Below are positions 1-8,176 of a DNA stretch of 47,210 nt, one piece after another (positions within the stretch are counted from its first letter, which is position 1; each line of letters begins with the position of its first letter). The stretch is taken from positions 1 through 47,210 of the forward strand of contig CAZOSW010000005.1 in NCBI GenBank assembly GCA_964582765.1, in the 5' to 3' direction. A model generated the notes under the pieces. It had not been told where the DNA came from. It ran no database searches and was given only the letters and a program-made list of their open reading frames with translations. Source of the DNA: an uncultured Planctomycetales bacterium (GTDB taxonomy: Bacteria > Omnitrophota > Gorgyraeia > Gygaellales > Profunditerraquicolaceae). The position numbers were made by a program, and so were the translations under genes.

Positions 1-70
1 ATAGTCAATAGTCGATAAAACCCTTTCATTATTGAGATTTTTATCGTCCATAGTCCATCGACTATCGACT
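1..70. repeat. Heptamer-palindrome element family A, copy A1 (truncated by window edge)
   Basis: ATAGTCA ATAGTCG ATAAAA-loop-TTTT ATCGTCC ATAGTCC ATCGACT ATCGACT. Positions 7-70 are the exact reverse complement of 909-972. Confidence 0.9.
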
Positions 71-73
71 AAA

Positions 74-889
74 TTACAATTCCTTTTCCTGTTCAACGAC
101 GAATTTTCTTAATTTTCTTAAAGCTGTTTCTTCTATCTGGCGGATTCTCTCGCGGGAAACACCGAGTTTTTTAGAAACTACCGCCAGTGTCTGTGGTTTG
201 GGATTAGTCAGGCCAAAACGCAAATCCAGGATTTCTCTTTCTCTTTCCGACATTGTCCCAAGAAGGTTATCTACCCTCTCCCGGTTGAACAATCGCTCGA
301 TACCCGCATCAGGGGGAGTAGAATTTTTATCTTCGACTAAATCGGATATCTGATTTTCGCCGTCCTCGCCAAGCGGCGCCTCTAATGAAGAAGTAGTGCT
401 GGACATCCAAAAATTTATCTGCTCTATTTTTTCAAAAGGCAGCTTTATTTTTTTGGCGATCTCTTCATCTGTCGGTATATGTTTTAATTTTTGGCTCATG
501 CGCTCTTTAGTTTTTTTCCATTTAGCGATCAGGTCGTTCATATACACCGGGACGCGGATCATCTTGCTTTGCTCGCTGAGGGAGCGGGTAATCCCCTGCC
601 TGATCCACCAGGCGGCGTAAGTTGAAAAACGAAAACCTTTTCGGTGGTCAAATTTTTCAACTGCTTTTATCAGGCCAAGGTTTCCCTCTTCGATTAAATC
701 AAGAAACGGGGTTCCCATATGCATGTAATGTTTTGCGATATGGATTACAAGGCGTAAGTTTCCACGGATCATATCGCGCCGCGCAATCTCATTGCCTTTA
801 CGCACCTTCTTATTTAGGTCAATTTCCTGCTTTGCGGTTAGAAGAGGAATTGTTCTTACTTCTTTGAGGTATGTTTTGAGAGCTTCCAT
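74..889 (-). CDS. RNA polymerase sigma-70 factor, RpoD/RpoS-like, lacking region 1.1
   Basis: Region 1.2 (LKTYLKEVRTIPLLT), region 2 (NLRLVIHIAKHY, DLIEEGNLGLIKAVEKFD, FSTYAAWWIRQ) and region 4.2 (LGVSRERIRQIE). AGGAG RBS upstream. Confidence 0.95.
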   Translation of the reverse strand: MEALKTYLKEVRTIPLLTAKQEIDLNKKVRKGNEIARRDMIRGNLRLVIHIAKHYMHMGTPFLDLIEEGNLGLIKAVEKFDHRKGFRFSTYAAWWIRQGITRSLSEQSKMIRVPVYMNDLIAKWKKTKERMSQKLKHIPTDEEIAKKIKLPFEKIEQINFWMSSTTSSLEAPLGEDGENQISDLVEDKNSTPPDAGIERLFNRERVDNLLGTMSEREREILDLRFGLTNPKPQTLAVVSKKLGVSRERIRQIEETALRKLRKFVVEQEKEL

Positions 890-908
890 TGATCTCCTAA
901 AAATTAAA

Positions 909-990
909 AGTCGATAGTCGATGGACTATGGACGATAAAAATCTCAATAATGAAAGGGTTTTATCGACTATTTTCTATCGACTATAGTCC
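909..990. repeat. Heptamer-palindrome element family A, copy A2
   Basis: AGTCGAT AGTCGAT GGACTAT GGACGAT AAAA-18 nt loop-TTTT ATCGACT ATTTTCT ATCGACT ATAGTCC. The arms are imperfect reverse complements. Confidence 0.9.
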
Positions 991-993
991 AAA

Positions 994-3744
994 CTATTTC
1001 TTTTTCAACACCGCCTGCGCTGCTGCTAATTTTGCTATTGGTACCCTAAACGGCGAACAGCTGACATAATTCATACCTATATTATGGCAGAACTCAACGG
1101 ATTTTGGTTCTCCCCCATGTTCTCCGCAGATGCCAACTTCAAGGTTTTTGTTAGTTGAGCGTCCCCGTTTAATCCCCATTTTAATCAGCTCACCGATTCC
1201 TTCCTGGTCAATACTCTGGAACGGGTCTTCGGGCAGGATACCTTTTTTGATATATTCCGGGACAAATCCGCCGATGTCATCTCTTGAGAAACCAAAACCC
1301 ATTTGGGTTAGGTCATTAGTCCCAAATGAAAAGAACTTAGCTCTGGCAGCTAATTTATCCGCGACAATTGCCGCCCGAGGTATCTCAATCATTGTACCTA
1401 AAAGATATTTTATTTTTTTAAGGTTATATTTTGCCAGCACTTCCTTATATATTCGTTCTGCAATAGCAAACTGGTCATCTAGCTCTTTTACATCGCAGAC
1501 AACCGGAATCATTATTTCCGGGTAGGGGTCTTTTCCTTCTTTAGCTAATTCAGCAGCCGCCTCAAAAATCGCGCGAATCTGCATAGCGCTTACTTCAGGG
1601 TAAGTGATCCCCAAGCGCACGCCGCGGTGGCCCATCATCGGGTTAGATTCATGCAGGCCCTCTGCTCTTTTGGCCAACTCTTGCATATCAATATTTAAAT
1701 CTTTTGCTAATTGTTCAAGTTTCGCAGTCTCGCGCGGAACGAACTCATGTAAAGGCGGATCAAGCAGGCGGATGACTACAGGGAAACCATCCATTGCTTC
1801 AATTGTCCCTTTAATGTCTTTTTTTACAAAGGGGAACAGTTCATTTAAGGCCACCTGCCTTTCTTCAAGCGTTTTAGAAACAATCATTTTACGCAAGAGA
1901 AATAATGCCTGATCAGAGCCTTTGCCGTAGAACATATGCTCTGTGCGGAAAAGCCCGATACCTTCTGCTCCGAATTGCCGCGCTCTTTTTGCATCTTCCG
2001 GGGTATCGGCATTGGTGCGGACGCCTAATTTTCTTACCGCATCGCACATTTTTAAGAATTCAGAAAGTACGGTATTTTCTTCAGAGACATCCATCATCGG
2101 AAGCTTGCCTTCGTAGACATTGCCCTTTGTTCCGTTCAAAGTAACCCAATCTCCTTCTTTGATTGTTTTATCCCCGATACGGACAACTTTTTTATCAATC
2201 TCAACGTGTATGGCGTTGCATCCGACGATACAACATTTTCCCCAACCGCGGGCAACTAAGGCTGCGTGTGAGGTCATTCCTCCGCGGGCTGTAAGGATCG
2301 CCTGGGCTACGCGCATACCTTCAACATCCTCCGGGTTAGTTTCCTCGCGGACCAGGATTACTTTTTTACCTGCCTTTGCCCATTCTACTGCGTCATTTGA
2401 TGAAAAAACAATCTGGCCGCTTGCTCCGCCCGGGCCGGCCGGTAATCCCTTAGCAAGGGGTTTAACCGTTAACTCGGTTTTAGGGTCGATAATCGGGTGC
2501 AGTAATTCATCAAGCTGTGACGGAGTTACGCGTGTTACCGCAACTTCTTTTTTAATCATTTTTTCTTTGACCATATCTACTGCCATGCGTACTGCTGCCG
2601 GGCCGTTGCGTTTTCCTATGCGGCACTGGAGCATAAAGAGCCTTCCCTTTTCAATGGTAAACTCAATGTCCTGCATGTCGTGATAATGCCTTTCAAGCCG
2701 ATTCTGAATTTTATATAGTTCTTTATAGATATCAGGCATTGTTTTTTCTAAAGTAAGAAGATTCTTATTGTGGCTTGAAGTTGAATATTCGTTAATCGGA
2801 GCGGGAGTGCGGATACCGGCGACTACATCTTCGCCTTGGGCATTAATTAAATACTCTCCGTAGAAATTATTTTCTCCGTTTCCCGGGTTGCGCGTAAAAG
2901 CAACTCCGGTTGCCGAATCATCGCCCATATTTCCAAAGACCATGGTTTGCACGTTTACCGCAGTACCCCATTCATCGGGTATATTTTCGATACGCCGATA
3001 ACTGATTGCGCGTTTTCCGTTCCAGGAAGAAAACACCGCGCTAATGCCGCCCCATAATTGCTCCGTTGGTTCATCGGGGAATTCTTTACCTAAAACTTCT
3101 TTGATTTTAGCCTTAAAACTTGCGCAGAGTTTTTTCAAGTCATCGACAGTTAAATCCGTGTCGCTGGCATATTTTTTAGATTTTTTCAAATCCGCCATAA
3201 CTTTTTCGAGCTGCTTGCGGATTCCTGCCTCGCCGGCAGGCAGGCCCTCTTTGCCCTTTGGCTCGATTCCTGCGGCCTTTTCCATAACTACGTCTGAATA
3301 CATCATAATCAGCCGGCGGTAAGCGTCATAAACAAAACGGCTGTTACCTGCGCTTTGTTTTATCAGTCCGGGAATAGTTTTTTCAGTTAAGCCACAGTTC
3401 AAAATTGTTTCCATCATCCCGGGCATAGATTTTCTGGCACCGCTGCGTATGGAAAACAATAACGGGTTATTGGCGTCGCCGAATTTTCTTCCCATTAATT
3501 TTTCCACTTTTTCCAGAGCCTTTGAAACCTGCTCTTTTAATTCTTTAGGATATCTTTTTTTATTCTGGTAATAATATGTGCAGACCTCTGTGGTGCAGGT
3601 AAATCCGGGCGGCACCGGAAGCAATAAATCCTTATTTCCAGCCATCTCCGCCAAATTTGCACCTTTTCCCCCCAAGAGGTTCTTCATACTTTCGTTGCCT
3701 TCACCTTTTCCGCCGCCGAAGCTGTAAACATATTTCTTTGCCAT
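994..3744 (-). CDS. ppdK: Pyruvate, phosphate dikinase
   Basis: N-terminal LLGGKGANLAEM, phospho-His motif GGMTSHAA, C-terminal FSFGTNDLTQ and GICGEHGG. Confidence 0.98.
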   Translation of the reverse strand: MAKKYVYSFGGGKGEGNESMKNLLGGKGANLAEMAGNKDLLLPVPPGFTCTTEVCTYYYQNKKRYPKELKEQVSKALEKVEKLMGRKFGDANNPLLFSIRSGARKSMPGMMETILNCGLTEKTIPGLIKQSAGNSRFVYDAYRRLIMMYSDVVMEKAAGIEPKGKEGLPAGEAGIRKQLEKVMADLKKSKKYASDTDLTVDDLKKLCASFKAKIKEVLGKEFPDEPTEQLWGGISAVFSSWNGKRAISYRRIENIPDEWGTAVNVQTMVFGNMGDDSATGVAFTRNPGNGENNFYGEYLINAQGEDVVAGIRTPAPINEYSTSSHNKNLLTLEKTMPDIYKELYKIQNRLERHYHDMQDIEFTIEKGRLFMLQCRIGKRNGPAAVRMAVDMVKEKMIKKEVAVTRVTPSQLDELLHPIIDPKTELTVKPLAKGLPAGPGGASGQIVFSSNDAVEWAKAGKKVILVREETNPEDVEGMRVAQAILTARGGMTSHAALVARGWGKCCIVGCNAIHVEIDKKVVRIGDKTIKEGDWVTLNGTKGNVYEGKLPMMDVSEENTVLSEFLKMCDAVRKLGVRTNADTPEDAKRARQFGAEGIGLFRTEHMFYGKGSDQALFLLRKMIVSKTLEERQVALNELFPFVKKDIKGTIEAMDGFPVVIRLLDPPLHEFVPRETAKLEQLAKDLNIDMQELAKRAEGLHESNPMMGHRGVRLGITYPEVSAMQIRAIFEAAAELAKEGKDPYPEIMIPVVCDVKELDDQFAIAERIYKEVLAKYNLKKIKYLLGTMIEIPRAAIVADKLAARAKFFSFGTNDLTQMGFGFSRDDIGGFVPEYIKKGILPEDPFQSIDQEGIGELIKMGIKRGRSTNKNLEVGICGEHGGEPKSVEFCHNIGMNYVSCSPFRVPIAKLAAAQAVLKKK
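3224..3244. repeat. 21-bp GC-rich palindrome inside ppdK (in frame)
   Basis: CCTGCCT-CGCCGGC-AGGCAGG, translated within GLPAGEAG. Confidence 0.75.
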
Positions 3745-3763
3745 TACGTTTCCCTTTCTTTAG

Positions 3764-3845
3764 TTGGTCGATTGTCGATGGACGATGGACGATAAAAATT
3801 TCTCTGTCAGGTTTTATTGACTATAGACCATAGCCTATCGACTAT
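3764..3845. repeat. Heptamer-palindrome element family A, copy A3
   Basis: GGTCGAT TGTCGAT GGACGAT GGACGAT AAAAA-loop-TTTT ATTGACT ATAGACC ATAGCCT ATCGACT AT. Contains the glyQS TAG stop. Confidence 0.88.
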
Positions 3846-5140
3846 ATCAATTTATTTATTAAATACTCTTTCAATTTATCTATGGAAATTCGTTCTTGCA
3901 ACATCGTATCCCTATCGCGGACAGTTACCTGCTTATCTTCCAGCGTTTGCACGTCCACGGTTACGCAGTAGAGTGTGCCTACTTCATCTTGCCTGCGGTA
4001 TAATTTTCCGATAGAGCCCGTATCATCGTAAACCGCAACAATGGATTTTTTTAAATCTTGGGTAATCTTTTTAGCAAGCTCAACGATATCCGGCCGGTTG
4101 CGTAATAACGGCAGAATTGCCAGTTTTGTCGGAACCAGGTTTTTATTTAATTTTAATACTACGCGGGTTTCCTCTTTTACTTTTTCTTCATGGTAGGCAT
4201 CAATTAGAAATGCCAGGACCGCCCTGTCAACTCCACCGGAAGGCTCAATAATATAAGGATAGAACTTTTCCTTTGCCGCGTCATCAAAATACTGCAGGTC
4301 TTTACCGCTGTATTGTGCGTGTTGTTTTAAATCATAGTCTGAGCGGTTGGCAATTCCCTCCAGTTCCGACCAGCCGAAGGGAAAGTTATATTCTACGTCC
4401 ATGCAGGCGTGGGCGTAATGCGCCAATTCATCTTTACCGTGTTGGCGTTTTCTTAAATTTTCTTCTTTTATTCCTAATGATAAATACCAGTTAAAACGGT
4501 TCTCGACCCATTCTGCATGCGCCCTTTCGGCATCCTGCGGCCTTACAAAATATTCGATTTCCATTTGTTCAAATTCCCGCGTGCGAAAAGTAAAATTTCC
4601 CGGGGTTATTTCATTGCGGAATGATTTTCCGATTTGCGCCAGCCCAAAAGGCAATTTAGGATGTTTTGAGTCCAGGATATTCGAAAAATTTACAAACATG
4701 CCCTGTGCAGTTTCAGGGCGCAGATGAATAATATTGGCAGCATCATCTAGCGGGCCCTGGTGCGTTTTGAACATTAAGTTAAACGGCCGGGATTCGGTAA
4801 GTTCTCCGGCGCATTCCGGGCAGCGGTATTTATCTTTTAGGTCTTCGGTTTTAAAACGTTTCTTACAGTTTTTACAATCGCTTTTTAAATCGAAAAAATT
4901 ATCTATGTGGCCGCTTGCCTCCCAGACCCTGGGGTGCATAAGGATAGCTGCATCCATGCCGAAGACATCGCTTCTCTCGTAAACGCAAGATCTCCACCAA
5001 GCGTGTTTGAGGTTATTTTTTAGCTCGACCCCATAGGGCCCGTAATCCCAGGTGTTAGCCAGGCCCCCGTAGATTTCGCTTCCCTGAAAAATAAATCCGC
5101 GCCGTTTACAAAGTGATACTATTTTTTCCATTAATTCCAT
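3842..5140 (-). CDS. glyQS: Glycine--tRNA ligase, alpha2 type
   Basis: CKRRGFIF, YDYGPYG-like WDYGPYG, LRPETAQG, FRNEITPGNF, REFEQME, IEPSGGVDR and anticodon-binding domain (SIGKLYRRQDEVG). Confidence 0.97.
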   Translation of the reverse strand: MELMEKIVSLCKRRGFIFQGSEIYGGLANTWDYGPYGVELKNNLKHAWWRSCVYERSDVFGMDAAILMHPRVWEASGHIDNFFDLKSDCKNCKKRFKTEDLKDKYRCPECAGELTESRPFNLMFKTHQGPLDDAANIIHLRPETAQGMFVNFSNILDSKHPKLPFGLAQIGKSFRNEITPGNFTFRTREFEQMEIEYFVRPQDAERAHAEWVENRFNWYLSLGIKEENLRKRQHGKDELAHYAHACMDVEYNFPFGWSELEGIANRSDYDLKQHAQYSGKDLQYFDDAAKEKFYPYIIEPSGGVDRAVLAFLIDAYHEEKVKEETRVVLKLNKNLVPTKLAILPLLRNRPDIVELAKKITQDLKKSIVAVYDDTGSIGKLYRRQDEVGTLYCVTVDVQTLEDKQVTVRDRDTMLQERISIDKLKEYLINKLI

Positions 5141-5159
5141 AATTTACCTTAAAGAATTA

Positions 5160-6554
5160 TTAATAATTCTTGGATAGTTCATGAGAATACCAGTCGTAGG
5201 TTTCACCGCTGATAATGCCTTGTTCAAAATACATTTTTAAACTGTCGGCAAAAACCTTCATCCCGAAAGCAGCGCCTGTCTGCATGGTGTTGGTTAGCTG
5301 GAACAATTCGTCTTTGCGGATAATTCTTTTTACCGCGTCTGTAGCAATCAAAATTTCCGTAACCAAAATTCTTTCATTTTTATCGCAGCGAGGAATTAGC
5401 ATTTGGGTTAGGATTCCCCTTAAACAATGCGATAGCTGCGAAAGTGTTTGTTTTCTGTTCTCCAGGGGTAAAATATTTGCCAGCCTGTCTATTGCCTGAA
5501 TGGTATCAGGGGCGTGGAAAGAAGCAATAACCAGATATCCGGCCTCGGCGGCAATTAATGCGGTTTTTACCGTTTCGGCATCATCTAACTCTCCAACCAC
5601 TATAATATTCGGGTCCTGGCGCAGGGAACTTTTTATGGCGATAGAAAAAGAAGCGGTGTCTGTGCCGACCTCTCTTTGCTTAATAACGCATTTATCGTTA
5701 ATATGCACATATTCTATCGGCCTTTCCAGAGTTATTAATACGGCTTTTCTTTCATGATTTATCAAATCTACCATTGCGGCAATAGTTGTGCTTTTTCCCG
5801 AGCCGGTAGGCCCGGTTACAAGCACTAATCCGTCCTTCTGACGGGCAAGGACTTGTGCTACCTCCGGCACATTGAGGTCTTTGAAAGTAGGCATTTTTGA
5901 ATTAACTAACCTTAATGCTGCTTCGACAAAACCTTTTTGCTGGTGCACATTTATTCTGAAACGATGCTCTTGGTCAAATTGGATCCCTAGATCCATTTCT
6001 TTACTTTGTTCAAATTTTTTAACCTGCTGTTTACTCATTAAGCTGAAGATCATTTTATAGATTTGGTCCGGGTTTAGTATTTCGGTTCCCAAAAACTCAA
6101 GCTGTCCGTTTAAGCGTAATGCTATGGGCTGGTTAGCGATTAAATGCAGGTCTGACGCCTTTTTACTGATGGCTAGTTTCAATATTTTGGCGACATCGTA
6201 GCGGTCAATCAGTTTTTTTATCGTTTCTCTGTCTGATTCGGCTATGCTGCTAAAAAAAGCCCCGATACCGAATATCTTTTTATTTTCTATTTCGATTACC
6301 TCCATCCTTAGCAGTTTTATGGTTGTGGTAATCAACAAGCTGGTCTCAGGAATGGTAAATTTACATTTGAGCTCGGTTAATAATTTCAACGGTTCTTCGC
6401 TTTCAAAATATATTCCGTCAGAGCTTATATCCCGGGCAACAAATGACCTGGTTATAGAAGCATGTGTTTCAGTATTTATTTCTTCGCAGGAGAGAGGAAT
6501 AGTGTAGTAAATCCTTTGACTTTTTCTGCGGTCAAAACTTCTGATTTCTCCCAT
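5160..6554 (-). CDS. PilZ domain fused to PilT/PilU-family type IV pilus ATPase
   Basis: N-terminal RRKSQR and DISSDG PilZ motifs, followed by ASDLHL, Walker A GPTGSGKST, LRQDP, Walker B IIVVGE and AVKRIIRK (AIRNLIRE-like). Confidence 0.92.
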   Translation of the reverse strand: MGEIRSFDRRKSQRIYYTIPLSCEEINTETHASITRSFVARDISSDGIYFESEEPLKLLTELKCKFTIPETSLLITTTIKLLRMEVIEIENKKIFGIGAFFSSIAESDRETIKKLIDRYDVAKILKLAISKKASDLHLIANQPIALRLNGQLEFLGTEILNPDQIYKMIFSLMSKQQVKKFEQSKEMDLGIQFDQEHRFRINVHQQKGFVEAALRLVNSKMPTFKDLNVPEVAQVLARQKDGLVLVTGPTGSGKSTTIAAMVDLINHERKAVLITLERPIEYVHINDKCVIKQREVGTDTASFSIAIKSSLRQDPNIIVVGELDDAETVKTALIAAEAGYLVIASFHAPDTIQAIDRLANILPLENRKQTLSQLSHCLRGILTQMLIPRCDKNERILVTEILIATDAVKRIIRKDELFQLTNTMQTGAAFGMKVFADSLKMYFEQGIISGETYDWYSHELSKNY

Positions 6555-6583
6555 TGCAAATAATCCTCCTGAGTTAATTCTTT

Positions 6584-6613
6584 ATTTTAATCGCAATATA
6601 GCTTAAAAGTCAA
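6584..6613 (-). promoter_or_regulatory. Putative sigma-70 promoter for the PilZ-PilT gene
   Basis: TTGACT-18 nt-TAAAAT upstream of an AGGAGG RBS. Confidence 0.45.
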
Positions 6614-6631
6614 GTTAATTCTGCCCGGAAT

Positions 6632-7372
6632 TTAGGCTTTCTTAAGCGGCTTAAGTGTTGAAATTATTGCAAATACGTCATTTAGGTCCAGGCGCCCACG
6701 GATATCTTTTATATAAACTTTAAAGAAATTCCCTTGAGTATCGAGCACATTGCAATCAAAATAATTATCCGGTTTAGCCATAGTATAATTAATAAAACCG
6801 CTTTTACCTGCTATTTCAAACTTAATCATTTTGGCTATTTTCTGATTTCCGATATCCGGAGTGAATATGCTTTTCATGATAAGAAAAAAAGCATCAGTAA
6901 TATTATCTATTTTGTCCAGTGTTGCATACATAAGCCGGCGGATAAATTCCTGGTTATCTTTTATTCCCTGTTTTTGCACATCAGGATAGAGTTTAATGAA
7001 AGCGCCTGGTTTTTGGCGTAGAAGGTAAATTACAGCTTTATAATTAACGTTCCTTCTTTTGTAGTATGTTTTTTTAATTAACTCCTGAACCAAGGCAAAG
7101 CCTTTGGGCACCGAGACTGACATTTCAGGGAATGACTGAGGAACCAGCCTATCCAGGTTTTCATTATTAATTTCGGGTGTAAATATTTTTTCCTCAGGCT
7201 GCATGCAAAGAATAGGAATAGTTTTGCAATCACCGATGCCATAAGAAATATATTGTTTTAAAATAGCCGGCCCGGCAAATTTTATTACAAATGCCACGGC
7301 GATAATAAATATAACCGCAAAATTTAAGTATTTAGTTAACTTTTTAGATGCCTTCAATTTTTTTAAGTTCAT
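6632..7372 (-). CDS. Hypothetical membrane-anchored protein
   Basis: 246-aa ORF with one N-terminal hydrophobic helix and a CKTIPILC motif. Overlaps the panB 3' end. Confidence 0.8.
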   Translation of the reverse strand: MNLKKLKASKKLTKYLNFAVIFIIAVAFVIKFAGPAILKQYISYGIGDCKTIPILCMQPEEKIFTPEINNENLDRLVPQSFPEMSVSVPKGFALVQELIKKTYYKRRNVNYKAVIYLLRQKPGAFIKLYPDVQKQGIKDNQEFIRRLMYATLDKIDNITDAFFLIMKSIFTPDIGNQKIAKMIKFEIAGKSGFINYTMAKPDNYFDCNVLDTQGNFFKVYIKDIRGRLDLNDVFAIISTLKPLKKA

Positions 7373-8168
7373 CTTCTTTAATTATAAATGAGTGTTTGGC
7401 CTCAGGAAATTTTTCATTGATAACTTCGTTTTTAAAATCCTCGACCGCTTTTAAAATTAACGGGGAAAGATCGGCATATTTTTTAACAAACTTCGGGGTG
7501 TAACGCGTAAAAAGCCCGAGCATATCATTGATTACAAGGACTTGCCCATCGCAATGAATTCCGGCACCGATACCGATGGCCGGGATTTTTATTTTCTTTG
7601 TGATGAGTTGGGCGATTTTATCCGGCACGCATTCTAAAACAATGGCAAAGCACCCTTTTTTTTCAAGCTCCACTGCTTGTTCAATCAGGCGTAAAGCCGC
7701 CGAAGCATCTTTACCCTGGCATTTAAAACCTCCGATTTTATCTGCGGTCTGGGGGGTTAAGCCAATATGCCCCATTACAGCTATGCCTGCCTTGGTAATG
7801 CGTTCGGTAACTTCTAAACAGCGCTCAAACCATTCCAGCTTCACTGCTTGGCAACCTGCCTCATCGATAAATCTTTGCGCGTTTTTAACGCATTCTTCAG
7901 GGTTAAGCTGATAGGAATCGTAAGGCATATCTCCGATAAGTAGGGCGTTTTTTACAGCACGCCTTACAGCTTTGGCGTGATGCAGCATTTCTGGCATACC
8001 AACCTTAGTAGTTGAATCAAGCCCTAAGACCACATTAGCCAGTGAATCACCTACTAAGATTATATCTATCCCTGCTTGATCAATTAATTCGGCAGTAGGA
8101 TAATCATAAGCAGTAAGCATGGTAATTTTACGCCTACCTTTTAAATTTTTAATATCGCTTGAGTTCAT
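7344..8168 (-). CDS. panB: 3-methyl-2-oxobutanoate hydroxymethyltransferase
   Basis: ITMLTAYD, ILVGDSL, HIGLTPQ and IGIGAG..CDGQVLV. Confidence 0.97.
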   Translation of the reverse strand: MNSSDIKNLKGRRKITMLTAYDYPTAELIDQAGIDIILVGDSLANVVLGLDSTTKVGMPEMLHHAKAVRRAVKNALLIGDMPYDSYQLNPEECVKNAQRFIDEAGCQAVKLEWFERCLEVTERITKAGIAVMGHIGLTPQTADKIGGFKCQGKDASAALRLIEQAVELEKKGCFAIVLECVPDKIAQLITKKIKIPAIGIGAGIHCDGQVLVINDMLGLFTRYTPKFVKKYADLSPLILKAVEDFKNEVINEKFPEAKHSFIIKEDELKKIEGI

Positions 8169-8176
8169 AAAATAAA

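Noticed and set aside
1-3845. Family A and B repeats as a CRISPR array
   Set aside because: The copies are separated by whole genes, there is no repeat-spacer periodicity, and no cas genes are present.
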